Positions 37,250 through 46,544 of a stretch of 63,745 nt of DNA are shown here, in pieces. A program made the translations under genes and the position numbers. Origin of the DNA: Kiritimatiellia bacterium (GTDB lineage Bacteria; Verrucomicrobiota; Kiritimatiellia; RFP12; UBA1067); the NCBI GenBank assembly GCA_017544725.1, contig JAFYDR010000001.1, positions 1 to 63,745 on the forward strand, given 5' to 3'. The notes below the pieces were generated by a model that was not told the DNA's origin, made no database searches, and saw only the letters and a list, made by a program, of their open reading frames with translations. Within the stretch, counting starts at the first letter, position 1; each line of letters begins with the position of its first letter.

Positions 37250-39805
37250 TTACTTGCCGCCCATCTTGAAAACCAGTGACTTCTTGTCCTCGGCGACAGT
37301 CGCCTCGACTGTGCCGCACGTGAGGTTTCCGCGCAACAACTCTTCCGCCAGCTCGTCCTCCACGTGACGCTCCACCGTCCGCCGTAACGGGCGTGCGCCA
37401 AACGCGGGGTCAAATCCTTTCTCAACGAGGAAGTCTGTTGCCTCCGCACTCATCTTCAGCATGATGCCGCGTTCCGCCAACCGCTCCTGCAATTGTTTCA
37501 ACTCGATGGCGAGAATCTTGACGATGTCCTCTTTCAGCAACTTACGGAAGACGATGATGTCGTCAAAACGGTTCAGCAGTTCCGGCTTGAAGACCTGCTT
37601 CGCCAGAGAGATCATGCGGTTCTTCAACCGTTCGTAATCCTCCGCCACGCTCTCGCGGACGAATCCCAAGCTCCGGTTGTTGGACTCGTCGAACCCCAGG
37701 TTTGATGTCAGGATCACGACCGTGTTCCGGAAATCGATTTGACGTCCCTGCGCGTCGGTAAGACGTCCCTCCTCCAAGATTTGCAGAAGCATGTGGATCA
37801 CGTCCGGATGCGCCTTCTCAACCTCGTCGAAAAGCACGACGCTGTAGGGACGGCGACGCACCTTCTCTGTCAACTGACCGCCCTCCTCGTGCCCGACGTA
37901 TCCTGGCGGCGATCCAACCAGACGCGAGACGGTAAACTTCTCCATGTACTCCGACATGTCGAGCTGAATCAACGCCTTCTCGTTGCCGAACAGTTGCGTG
38001 GCAATCGTCTTCGCCAGCAGAGTCTTGCCGACGCCGGTCGGTCCAAGGAAAATGAACGAACCGATGGGACGGCGCGGATCTTTCAGACCCGCCCTTGCAC
38101 GACGGAGAGAACGGGAGAGCGACTGGATGGCGGGTTCCTGTCCCACCACTGTGCGCGACAGTTCCTCCTCCATGTGCAGCATCTTCGCCTTCTCGCTTTC
38201 GCTCAACCGTTCCAGCGGAACGCCTGTGGAACGCGCGACCGTCGCCTGAATGTCCGCGACCGTTACCGGCAACCGCTTCTCGCTGTGTTCCTCGCGCCAA
38301 GCCGCGAGCAACTGGTCGCGTCGCTCGGTTTCCGCGCACTCCTCGTCACGCAACTTCGCAGCTACCTCGAACTGTTGCTCGTTGATTGCGTCCTGCTTGC
38401 GCTCACGAATCTCCGCGATGCGCAACTCCAGTTCCTTGATCTCCGGCGGACGTCCCGCCGCGGCCATGCGGACGGCCGCGCCTGCCTCATCGATGGCGTC
38501 GATCGCCTTGTCCGGCAGTTGCCGTCCCGGCTGGTAACGTGCGGTCAGGCGGGCTGCCGCCTGCAACGCCTCCAGTTCGTACTGGACATTGTGGTGCGTC
38601 TCGTACTTGCCGGCGATGCCAACGAGGATCTCAACCGTCTCGGCGATGGAGGGTTCATCCACACGCACGGTCTGGAAACGGCGTTCTAGCGCGGCGTCCT
38701 TCTCGATGAAACGACGGTACTCGTTCAGGGTCGTCGCGCCGATGCACTGCAATTCGCCGCGTGCGAGGGCGGGCTTGATGATATTGGCGGCGTCCATCGC
38801 ACCCTCCGCGCCACCTGCACCCACGATACTGTGAAGTTCGTCGAGGAAGAGGATCACATTCTGCTCACGCTTGACCTCCTGCAGGACGGACTTGATACGC
38901 TCCTCAAACTGGCCACGCCATTTGGTGCCAGCCACCATCAACGCCATGTCCAGCGCGATCACCCGCTTGTCCTGCATGGACTCCGGGACCTCGCCGGCGG
39001 CAATCGCCTGCGCCAACCCTTCGGCGACGGCGGTCTTGCCGACACCTGCCTCGCCCAGCAGTGCCGCGTTATTCTTGGTGCGACGCAAGAGAATCTCGAT
39101 CACACGGGCCAACTCCTTCTTGCGCCCGATGACCGGATCGAGCTTACCGCTCCGCGCCAGCGCGGTCAGGTCGCGTCCGAAGGCGTTGAGCGCAGGCGTC
39201 TTTCCCTTGCCCGCCTTGCCGCTGAATTGCTCGCGACCGCTCGCTTCGCCGGGACCATCCTCGTCATCCATCAGTTCGGGCGGAATATCCGGCGGTTCGG
39301 GAGAGTCGTCGTTGGTATCGAACGGCAAATCCTGATCCGGCGTGCCCGGAAGGTCGCCGCGCGTGGCACGGTTTACCGCGTCCATCACATCGGGCAGATG
39401 GACGTCCAGCGAGTCCAGAACCTGGAAAGCAACGCCCTCGCCCTCGCGCAACAAGGCGATCAGCAGATGCTCTGTGCCAGCTTGGTTCTGCTGCATTGCG
39501 TGAGCCTCGGCCATCGCCAACTGTAAGACCTTCTTGGTACGCGGCGTGTACGGCAGGTCGCCCTTGACCTGCATGTCACCGCCGAAACCGATCATCCGCT
39601 CGACCGCGATTTGAATATCGGAGGGGGAGACTGCCAGTCCGTCCAGAACCTGGACTGCCAGTCCCTCACCCAGTGCACAGATACCGAGCAACAGGTGCTC
39701 CGTGCCGATATAGGTGTGCCCAAACCGCTTCGCCTCGCGCTCCGCCAACTGAATCGCACGTTGCGCCCGGGCCGTGAAATTCATCCCCATGTTCATGTCA
39801 TTCAT
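37250..39805 (-). CDS. clpC: ATP-dependent Clp protease ATP-binding subunit ClpC
   Basis: Double Clp_N repeats ([14 protein letters not shown] and [10 protein letters not shown]). Walker [10 protein letters not shown] and GPTGVGKTL. An acidic linker insert follows the N-domain. Confidence 0.93.
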   Translation of the reverse strand: MNDMNMGMNFTARAQRAIQLAEREAKRFGHTYIGTEHLLLGICALGEGLAVQVLDGLAVSPSDIQIAVERMIGFGGDMQVKGDLPYTPRTKKVLQLAMAEAHAMQQNQAGTEHLLIALLREGEGVAFQVLDSLDVHLPDVMDAVNRATRGDLPGTPDQDLPFDTNDDSPEPPDIPPELMDDEDGPGEASGREQFSGKAGKGKTPALNAFGRDLTALARSGKLDPVIGRKKELARVIEILLRRTKNNAALLGEAGVGKTAVAEGLAQAIAAGEVPESMQDKRVIALDMALMVAGTKWRGQFEERIKSVLQEVKREQNVILFLDELHSIVGAGGAEGAMDAANIIKPALARGELQCIGATTLNEYRRFIEKDAALERRFQTVRVDEPSIAETVEILVGIAGKYETHHNVQYELEALQAAARLTARYQPGRQLPDKAIDAIDEAGAAVRMAAAGRPPEIKELELRIAEIRERKQDAINEQQFEVAAKLRDEECAETERRDQLLAAWREEHSEKRLPVTVADIQATVARSTGVPLERLSESEKAKMLHMEEELSRTVVGQEPAIQSLSRSLRRARAGLKDPRRPIGSFIFLGPTGVGKTLLAKTIATQLFGNEKALIQLDMSEYMEKFTVSRLVGSPPGYVGHEEGGQLTEKVRRRPYSVVLFDEVEKAHPDVIHMLLQILEEGRLTDAQGRQIDFRNTVVILTSNLGFDESNNRSLGFVRESVAEDYERLKNRMISLAKQVFKPELLNRFDDIIVFRKLLKEDIVKILAIELKQLQERLAERGIMLKMSAEATDFLVEKGFDPAFGARPLRRTVERHVEDELAEELLRGNLTCGTVEATVAEDKKSLVFKMGGK

Positions 39806-39888
39806 TCGATTACCGCCTCTTGGAAAGCCAGTAGTTTCGCATAGTATTCTGGTTTTGTCAAAAGTTCATTTGCGCTTTTGACGTACTC

Positions 39889-40045
39889 GGGCGCATCTGC
39901 GTAATTCACCGTCGCCTTCTAAAATAAAAACAACAGAAACAACAACTTCGCTGTGCGAAGTAGTGACGAGTGACGAATGACGAGATATGGTAGTTTTCAA
40001 AGTTATTCTCCATGAACGTTCCCGCGTGGCGCGGGCGCGCCGTGC
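39889..40045 (+). repeat. Truncated or solo copy of the MITE-like family with shared internal modules
   Basis: It starts with gggcgcatctgcgtaattcaccgtcg.. (module B). It then carries agtgacgagtgacgaatg and aagttattctccatgaacgttcccgcgtggcgcggg, which match the reverse complement of 12462-12580. I found no second terminus. Confidence 0.6.
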
Positions 40046-40096
40046 CCCCGAAGTCTAGCGCGACGTGGACCGTCAGCTTTCAGCATGTGCGTTTGC

Positions 40097-40278
40097 GGTC
40101 GTGCGGAAACGCGACCTCGGGTGAGAAAACGGGGACGATGGGGACGATGGAAACAGAGGGGACGTAACCTGTCTCCATCGTCTCCATCGTCCCCAGTGTC
40201 TCCAAAGTCTCCACGGTCCCCATCGTCCCCTCCCTGTCGGCGTGGTCCTCACGAATGGGGTCGCGCGGAAGCGCGACC
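40097..40278. repeat. Three-hairpin element built from ggggacgat / catcgtcccc words
   Basis: Hairpin ggtcgtgc-ggaaa-cgcgacc (40097-40116). Long 24/26-bp hairpin from 40131-40156 to 40169-40194. Hairpin ggtcgcgc-ggaa-gcgcgacc (40259-40278). Confidence 0.6.
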
Positions 40279-40306
40279 GATGCCAAAAATCAACCGAATA
40301 GTGGAC

Positions 40307-40335
40307 ATGACAAATTGACTTTTTTATGGTTTAAT
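40307..40335 (+). promoter_or_regulatory. Candidate promoter of the etf operon
   Basis: -35 ATGACA (40307-40312), 17-nt spacer, -10 TTTAAT (40330-40335). About 50 nt upstream of etfB. Confidence 0.35.
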
Positions 40336-40384
40336 GGCTTGGTTTTAATGGAATGGCGGGGTCGCCGCCAGAGAGGGATGAGCT

Positions 40385-41182
40385 ATGCACATAATTGTAT
40401 GCATCAAGCAGGTGCCGGATTCGACGAAGATCAGCATCGATCCGGTGACCAAGACGTTGCAGCGCGAGGGCGTAGAGAGTATCTTGAACCCCTTTGACGA
40501 ATATGCGCTGGAGTTGGCGCTCCGGATCAAGGACGAGACGGGCGCACGGGTGAGCGTGATTTCGATGGGGCCGCCTCAGGCGCAGGTGATCATCCGCGAG
40601 GCGTTGGCGCGCGGCGCGGACGATGGCGTGTTGCTTTCCGACCGCGCGTACGCGGGCGCGGACACGCTGGCGACGGCCTACGCGCTGGCGAGCGGAATCA
40701 AGAAGATCACCGCGAAGCCGGATCTGGTGTTGTTCGGCAAGCAGGCGATTGATGGCGACACCGCACAGGTCGGTCCCGGTGTTTCGGAAGACCTTGATCT
40801 GCCGCTGGTCACGTATGTGAAGAGCTTGGAGATCGATCGGAGCGGTCGTTTCACGGTCGAAACCCTGATGGACGACGGCACGGAGGTAATCGAGGGGCAT
40901 CTGCCCGCCGTGATGACGGTGGTGAAGGAGGCGGCGACGCCGCGCTTCGCGACGCTCAGCGGCTGGGTTGCCGCCAAACACGCCGATGTGCAGGTCTGGA
41001 TGGCGAAGGACACGGGCGCCGATCCCGAACGCCTCGGTCTGAAGGGATCGCCGACGAAGGTGGTTGACACCTTCCCGCCGCCGGTGAAGACAGGCGGAGA
41101 GAAGATCGATACGCGGAAGGATCCCGCCGCCGCCGTCAAAGCAATCATGGGTATTTTGAAAAAGAAGAAGCTGGGGGTGTAA
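40385..41182 (+). CDS. etfB: Electron transfer flavoprotein beta subunit
   Basis: MHIIVCIKQVPDST.. and FGKQAIDGDTAQVGPGVSEDLDLPLVTYV. Confidence 0.93.
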   Translation: MHIIVCIKQVPDSTKISIDPVTKTLQREGVESILNPFDEYALELALRIKDETGARVSVISMGPPQAQVIIREALARGADDGVLLSDRAYAGADTLATAYALASGIKKITAKPDLVLFGKQAIDGDTAQVGPGVSEDLDLPLVTYVKSLEIDRSGRFTVETLMDDGTEVIEGHLPAVMTVVKEAATPRFATLSGWVAAKHADVQVWMAKDTGADPERLGLKGSPTKVVDTFPPPVKTGGEKIDTRKDPAAAVKAIMGILKKKKLGV

Positions 41183-41184
41183 CC

Positions 41185-42417
41185 ATGGCAGAAGCACCGA
41201 TTATCATTGATGCCGCCAAATGCGTGGGCTGCACGAAGTGCGTGAAGAACTGTCCCGCCGCCGCATTGAACATGGTGGAGCGGAAGGACAGCAAGAAGAA
41301 GTTGGCCGAGGTCGATGGCGGCAAGTGCATTGCTTGCAACAAGTGCGTGACGAGCTGCCCGTTCCAGGCGATTTCCGCCGTGGAAGTGAAGAAGACCGGC
41401 GCATCCGATCTTTCGCAGTACAAGAACATTTGGGTCTTTGCGGAGCAGATCGGAGGCAAGATTCAGGACGTGGTGTTTGAGCTGTTGACGACGGGACGGA
41501 CACTGGCGAAGGATCGCGGCTGCAAGTTGTGCGCGGTCATTTTAGGACACCAGCTTGGCGACGCGGCGAAGAAACTGATTGCCGGCGGTGCGGACATCGT
41601 CTATGTCGCCGACCAGCCGGAGTTGGCGCAGTACGAGGCGAATGTCTATACCGAAGCGTTGGCGAAGTTGATCAACGAGCACAAGCCGGAGGTCGTGCTG
41701 GCCGGGGCGACGGCGATCGGTCGTGCGTTCTTCGCGCGTGTTGCGACCCGTTGCCAGACTGGTTTGACCGCCGACTGCACGCGGTTGGAGATCAAGCCGT
41801 CGCAGGACGGTAAGACGCTGTTGTTGCATCAGACGCGTCCGGCGTTCGGCGGCAACATCATGGCGACGATCATGACGCCGGATCATCGTCCGCAGATGTC
41901 CACCGTGCGCCCGAAGGTCTTCAAGAAGGCCGCGCCGGATCCGAAGCGGACGGGCCAAATCAAGATGGAGACGCTGAAGCTGGCGAAGGCTTTGACGAAG
42001 CTCGTGAAGACGGTTCGCGACCCGAACAACGTCAACATTCAGGATGCGTCGATCATCGTTTCGGCGGGACGCGGACTGAAGAAGGCGGAGAATCTGGCGT
42101 TGGTCGAGAAGCTGGCGAAGTTGCTCGGCGGCGTGATGGGTTGCTCTCGCCCCTGCGTCGATGCAGGCTGGGTGAACGTGGCGCATCAGGTCGGTCAGAC
42201 CGGCAAGACGGTCTGCCCGAAGCTCTACCTCGCCTTCGGTATCTCCGGTGCGATCCAGCACTTGGAGGGCATGAAGTCATCGGACACGATCATCGCGGTC
42301 AACACCGACCCGAACGCGCCGATTTTCGGTGTGGCGGATCTGGGGATCGTCGGCGACGCGCTGGAGATCCTGCCGCAGCTGATCGCGGCGGTGGAAAAGG
42401 AACAGGCGAAGAAATAG
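41185..42417 (+). CDS. etfA: Electron transfer flavoprotein alpha subunit with an N-terminal 2x[4Fe-4S] ferredoxin domain
   Basis: CVGCTKCVKNCP and CIACNKCVTSCP, followed by the ETF-alpha core (IVSAGRGL, LYLAFGISGAIQHLEGM). Confidence 0.9.
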   Translation: MAEAPIIIDAAKCVGCTKCVKNCPAAALNMVERKDSKKKLAEVDGGKCIACNKCVTSCPFQAISAVEVKKTGASDLSQYKNIWVFAEQIGGKIQDVVFELLTTGRTLAKDRGCKLCAVILGHQLGDAAKKLIAGGADIVYVADQPELAQYEANVYTEALAKLINEHKPEVVLAGATAIGRAFFARVATRCQTGLTADCTRLEIKPSQDGKTLLLHQTRPAFGGNIMATIMTPDHRPQMSTVRPKVFKKAAPDPKRTGQIKMETLKLAKALTKLVKTVRDPNNVNIQDASIIVSAGRGLKKAENLALVEKLAKLLGGVMGCSRPCVDAGWVNVAHQVGQTGKTVCPKLYLAFGISGAIQHLEGMKSSDTIIAVNTDPNAPIFGVADLGIVGDALEILPQLIAAVEKEQAKK

Positions 42418-42429
42418 GGAGGAGTGACC

Positions 42430-44079
42430 ATGGCTAAACAACTACAGACGGACATTCTGTGCGTGGGCGCGGGCGTCGCCTCCCTCGCGACGGCAATTCG
42501 CATCTTGCGTACGCTAAAGGCGCGCGGGGCGCAGAAGTTGCCAAAGGTAATGGTGATTGACAAGGGACGCAACGTCGGCAGTCACGTGCTGTCGGGACTG
42601 GTCTTCGACGACGAATGCGTCAAAGGTTTTCTGACGGACGCGGAAATCGAGGGATTGACCTCCGAGAAGAACCGCAACCGTCCGTTCGCTACGCGCGTGA
42701 CGAAGGAATCGTTCCATGTGCTGCTGAACGACAAGAAATCGGTTCCTGTTCCGTGGGTGCCGCCGATGATGCAGGACAAGGGGTATCCGGTTGGCTCGCT
42801 GACCAAGCTCTCCCAGTATCTCGCGGAGATTGCCGAGAAGGAAGGCGCGGAGGTCTATACGGGCTTCGCCGCGACGGAACTGATCGAGGACGGCAAGGGA
42901 CGAATCGTCGGCGTGAAGATCGGCGACAAGGGTGTTGATGCGAAGGGCAACCCGAAGAGCAATTTCACCGCTGGCGAAGAAGTTTACGCGAAGGTGGTCG
43001 TGCTGGGCGAGGGCGGTTGCGGCATCCTGACAAACCAGCTGATCGAGAAGAAGGGGTTGCAGGGAAAGCGTCCGCAGTCCTATGCCGTCGGCGTGAAGGA
43101 GATCATCGACATTCCCGAGGATAAGGCTCGTGACGGCGAGATCGCCCATACCTTCGGATATCCGGCGAACCTCTCGACCTACGGCGGCGGTTTCGTCTAT
43201 CACACCTCGCCGACGCAGGTGATGATCTGTTACGCCTACGCGCTTGACTACGCGCATCCAGAAGACGATCCGCATCGTCTCTTCCGCCTTTTCAAGGCGC
43301 ATCCCACGCTCGCCGCCCATATCAAGGACGGCAAGACCGTGGCGTACGGCGCGAAGGTGATTCCGGAAGGCGGCTACTACTCCGTGCCGGAAGTCGCGAC
43401 GGACGGCGCGTTGATCGTGGGTGACGGCGCGGGACTGGTTGATACGCTCCGCATCAAGGGTGCGCACATTGCGATCGAATCCGGTATCGCGGCGGGTGAT
43501 ACGCTCGCTGACTGCTGGGAGAAGAAGGACTTCTCTGAGACGGCGCTGAAGGCGTATTCCGACGCGTTGAAGAAGACGAAGGGCTGGAAGCAGCTGTGGC
43601 GTGTCCGCAACGTCCGCGCCCCGTTCTCGTACAACACGCTCCTCGGCGTGATGGCGGCGGGTTGCGCATGGGCGACCTTCGGCTGGTTCCCCTTCTGGCA
43701 GGTGCCGATGGAGGGCGATGCCGAGGCGACGCTCCCGTTGCGTGGCGGCAAGTTGCCGGAGTTCCCGGAACTTCCGGGCAACGCGCTGTCGGTGGATAAG
43801 CTGACGGACGTCTTTATGTCAGGGACGATCCACGATGAGGATCAGCCCTGCCACCTGCGGATCAAGGATCCGGCGAAGTGCGGCGAGTGCACGAAGAAAT
43901 TCGGCGCGCCCTGCCTGCGGTTCTGTCCGGCGGAGGTCTATCGTGCAGAAGAAGGCAAGCTCCAGATCGACTTCTCGAACTGCCTGCACTGCAAGACCTG
44001 CCAGATCAAATGCCCGCTCGGCAACATCGAGTGGACATTCCCGCAGGGCGGCGACGGTCCGCGCTATACGAGAATGTAG
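42430..44079 (+). CDS. Electron transfer flavoprotein-quinone oxidoreductase (ETF-QO type)
   Basis: FAD fold ILCVGAGVASLATA. C-terminus HDEDQPCHLRIKD..CLRFCPAEVY..NCLHCKTCQIKCP..GGDGPRYTRM, as in ETF-QO. The ATG at 42430 lies 8 nt after ggagg. Confidence 0.9.
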   Translation: MAKQLQTDILCVGAGVASLATAIRILRTLKARGAQKLPKVMVIDKGRNVGSHVLSGLVFDDECVKGFLTDAEIEGLTSEKNRNRPFATRVTKESFHVLLNDKKSVPVPWVPPMMQDKGYPVGSLTKLSQYLAEIAEKEGAEVYTGFAATELIEDGKGRIVGVKIGDKGVDAKGNPKSNFTAGEEVYAKVVVLGEGGCGILTNQLIEKKGLQGKRPQSYAVGVKEIIDIPEDKARDGEIAHTFGYPANLSTYGGGFVYHTSPTQVMICYAYALDYAHPEDDPHRLFRLFKAHPTLAAHIKDGKTVAYGAKVIPEGGYYSVPEVATDGALIVGDGAGLVDTLRIKGAHIAIESGIAAGDTLADCWEKKDFSETALKAYSDALKKTKGWKQLWRVRNVRAPFSYNTLLGVMAAGCAWATFGWFPFWQVPMEGDAEATLPLRGGKLPEFPELPGNALSVDKLTDVFMSGTIHDEDQPCHLRIKDPAKCGECTKKFGAPCLRFCPAEVYRAEEGKLQIDFSNCLHCKTCQIKCPLGNIEWTFPQGGDGPRYTRM

Positions 44080-44180
44080 GCGCGCGGTGACGGCATCCCA
44101 TTCCCTGCTGGCTGGCAAATAATCTGTCCGCGCCCTCTTTACGGGGGCGCGGAAGGATGCTATACAAAGGAGCTGACGTG

Positions 44181-45296
44181 ATGAAGAAGCTGTTGACACT
44201 GGTTGGATGCACGGTGTTTTCCGTGTTTGCGGCGTGTGCCGTAGAGCCGGCGAACGAGGCTGCCGCCCGCGCGGCAATCCAGAAGGGACTGGCGTGGCTT
44301 GCGGCGAATCAGCAGGAGGGCGGGTTCTGGTCGAACAAACGTTTTCCTGCATTGACCGGACTGCCCGTCTGGGCAATCGCCAACGCGAAGGACGCAAAGT
44401 ACGACAAACAACTGGAAACGGCAGTCCGCTTCATCCTGGGCAAGGCACAGCCCGACGGCGGCATCTATACGCCGGATCCTCGGCGTGGGGGTGCGGGACT
44501 TGGTAACTACAACACCTCGGTCTGCATGATGGCACTTCATGCGACAGGACGCAAGGACGTGATACCCGTCATCCTGAAGGCGCGCGAATACACGGCGAGC
44601 ACCCAGTTGACAGGCGATGACGAACACGCAGGCGGTTATGGGTACGACCGTGGTGGTCGCCGCCACACCGACCTGAGCAATACGGCGATGGCGATCGACG
44701 CGATGCGCATGACGCAGGACGTCGAAGAGTTCCGTCCCGCCGGTGAGAAGAAGGTCGATCTCAATTGGGAGAACGCGTTGAAGTATGTCAGCGGGATGCA
44801 ACAGAAAGATGGCGGTTTCATCTACACCAAAGGCTTTGCCGCGGCGCCGGGCGCAGATGCCAAGGGAACGCCGCAACGCGGTGAGGGGGACGCTAAGAGA
44901 CCGTTGTTGCAGTCGTACGGATCCATCACCTATGACGGACTGCTCGCTTTGATGCACTGCCAGTTGCAGCGGAACGACCCGCGTGTCGTTTCCGCGCTCG
45001 ACTTCTGTACCAAGCACTGGACGCTGGAGGAAAATCCCGGCCAAGGTGCGCAGGGTATCTACTTCTACTACGATATCCTGACTCGTGCGTTGAATGCGGC
45101 AGGCATCGACGAAATCGTGCGGACGGACGGCAGCAAGGTCGCGTGGCGCGACGCCGTGATCCAGAAGGTTATTTCCCTGCAAAAACCCGAAGGGTATTGG
45201 GAGAACGAAAACAACCGCTGGTGGGAAGCCGATCCTGTCCTCGTCACCTCCTACAGCCTGATCGCGCTAGAATACGCCGCCGGAATCGCGAAATAG
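44181..45296 (+). CDS. Secreted prenyltransferase / squalene-oxidase-repeat (terpene-cyclase-like) protein
   Basis: Signal MKKLLTLVGCTVFSVFAACA. QW-type repeats QQEGGFW, QPDGGIY, QQKDGGFIY, QKPEGYWEN. The ATG at 44181 follows aaggag. Confidence 0.75.
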   Translation: MKKLLTLVGCTVFSVFAACAVEPANEAAARAAIQKGLAWLAANQQEGGFWSNKRFPALTGLPVWAIANAKDAKYDKQLETAVRFILGKAQPDGGIYTPDPRRGGAGLGNYNTSVCMMALHATGRKDVIPVILKAREYTASTQLTGDDEHAGGYGYDRGGRRHTDLSNTAMAIDAMRMTQDVEEFRPAGEKKVDLNWENALKYVSGMQQKDGGFIYTKGFAAAPGADAKGTPQRGEGDAKRPLLQSYGSITYDGLLALMHCQLQRNDPRVVSALDFCTKHWTLEENPGQGAQGIYFYYDILTRALNAAGIDEIVRTDGSKVAWRDAVIQKVISLQKPEGYWENENNRWWEADPVLVTSYSLIALEYAAGIAK

Positions 45297-45397
45297 GCAA
45301 ACCAGCAGCCAGTGCTTCGCACGGGGATAACTTTCGATAAGCCCCGAAGGGTTTAAACGGTCACGACAAGCGTGTCGCGTTCGATAGCAATCGATGG

Positions 45398-45474
45398 CAA
45401 TCGACAGCTACCGATGACATGCGACAAACAACACGCGACACGCCACCTTCATTCTTCATTTTTCTCTTTTCATT
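45398..45474 (+). repeat. Family-D interspersed repeat
   Basis: See 30997-31074. A degenerate third copy lies at about 36850-36985 on the minus strand. Confidence 0.75.
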
Positions 45475-45544
45475 GCAGCTTCTCATCATCTCAGCTTTTC
45501 CGCTTCTCAGTTGGCGGCGATAGCTTTACTTGGATGGCGGAATT

Positions 45545-45553
45545 TGCTATACT
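45545..45553 (+). promoter_or_regulatory. Extended -10 promoter element TGCTATACT
   Basis: Lies 44 nt upstream of the ATG at 45597. Preceded by the cagcttctca..tcagcttttccgcttctcag module (45476-45510). Confidence 0.4.
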
Positions 45554-45596
45554 GGCGTTCGTTTGATTTGGTTGAGGAATGATCGGAGGACAGAGA

Positions 45597-46427
45597 ATGA
45601 AGAAGAGTGTTTGGCTGGCGATGATGGCTGCGGTTTCATTTGCGTGGGCGGAACCGTCGCAAGTCTCGCTGCGTCCGTTTGAAACGGAAAAAGGTGCGCT
45701 GGAAACATTGCAAGGGCATATCCAGGGCGCGTGCTGTACGGAGGAGGCGATTTACATCGGGCACCTCAAGGGCGTTACAAAAGTGGATTGGTCTGGCAAA
45801 CTGCTCGCCCATGCGGAGAGTCCTCAACACACGGGTGACGTCTGCCATCGCGACGGAAAAATCTACGCGGCAATCGCGTTGAGAAAAGGCGGGCAGATTA
45901 TCGTCTTCGACGCCAAGACGATGGCGCGCGAGCGGACAGTCGATCTGCCGTATTCCAGCGACGGCATCTGCTGGTTGGGCGACACGCTGTACATTGGCGT
46001 TGGTCCGAACCCGAGGGAGCCCCATCGCGGGTTTCACGTCGCGAGATTTGACAAGGATCTGAACCACATCGACACGAAGAAGTTGGATCCCGGATACGAG
46101 GTCCATTACGGGACACAGGGCATCGCGACGGACGGGAAGGGTAAATTGTACATGATGCTCTACTCCGCAAAAGGTGCGCCGGGAACAGCGGTGTACGACA
46201 AGGACTTGAATTTGTTGGGGACTATCAAGTTTCACGGATCGACCGGATTCGATCTGTTGCCCGCGAAATTTCAAACCGGCGCGAATCCGCGTTTCATGCG
46301 CATGACAACCGCGCACAAGTGGAAGGCCAAGGATTGGGATCCGGAAAAGGATTACAAGCGCGGGAAGATCGAATTCTTCGAGCTGACGCCGGATGGCAAG
46401 AAATTCGTTTCAGTCAAGTGCGAGTAA
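45597..46427 (+). CDS. Secreted hypothetical protein
   Basis: RBS ggagga. Signal MKKSVWLAMMAAVSFAWA. No motif recognised. Confidence 0.65.
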   Translation: MKKSVWLAMMAAVSFAWAEPSQVSLRPFETEKGALETLQGHIQGACCTEEAIYIGHLKGVTKVDWSGKLLAHAESPQHTGDVCHRDGKIYAAIALRKGGQIIVFDAKTMARERTVDLPYSSDGICWLGDTLYIGVGPNPREPHRGFHVARFDKDLNHIDTKKLDPGYEVHYGTQGIATDGKGKLYMMLYSAKGAPGTAVYDKDLNLLGTIKFHGSTGFDLLPAKFQTGANPRFMRMTTAHKWKAKDWDPEKDYKRGKIEFFELTPDGKKFVSVKCE

Positions 46428-46544
46428 CGATGATTTCGTGCCAGGTTACTGCAGAGGAAGTTTTCAAAACACGGGATACACGGAATTTCCGGATTGAGCA
46501 GAAAACTCACGTCCGAGTTTCGTGAGAAAAGAAAGGGATCGGAT

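Noticed and set aside
37739-39526. Plus-strand ORFs of 316 and 231 aa (37739-38689 and 38831-39526)
   Set aside because: They are antisense to clpC, whose two Walker A motifs and Clp_N repeats are unambiguous.
44128-44166. Hairpin ccgcgccc-tctttacgg-gggcgcgg plus TGCTATACA as a terminator/promoter pair before the 44181 gene
   Set aside because: The hairpin lacks a T tract. A start from the TATACA element would remove the good aaggag RBS at 44167-44172. The evidence is too weak to call.
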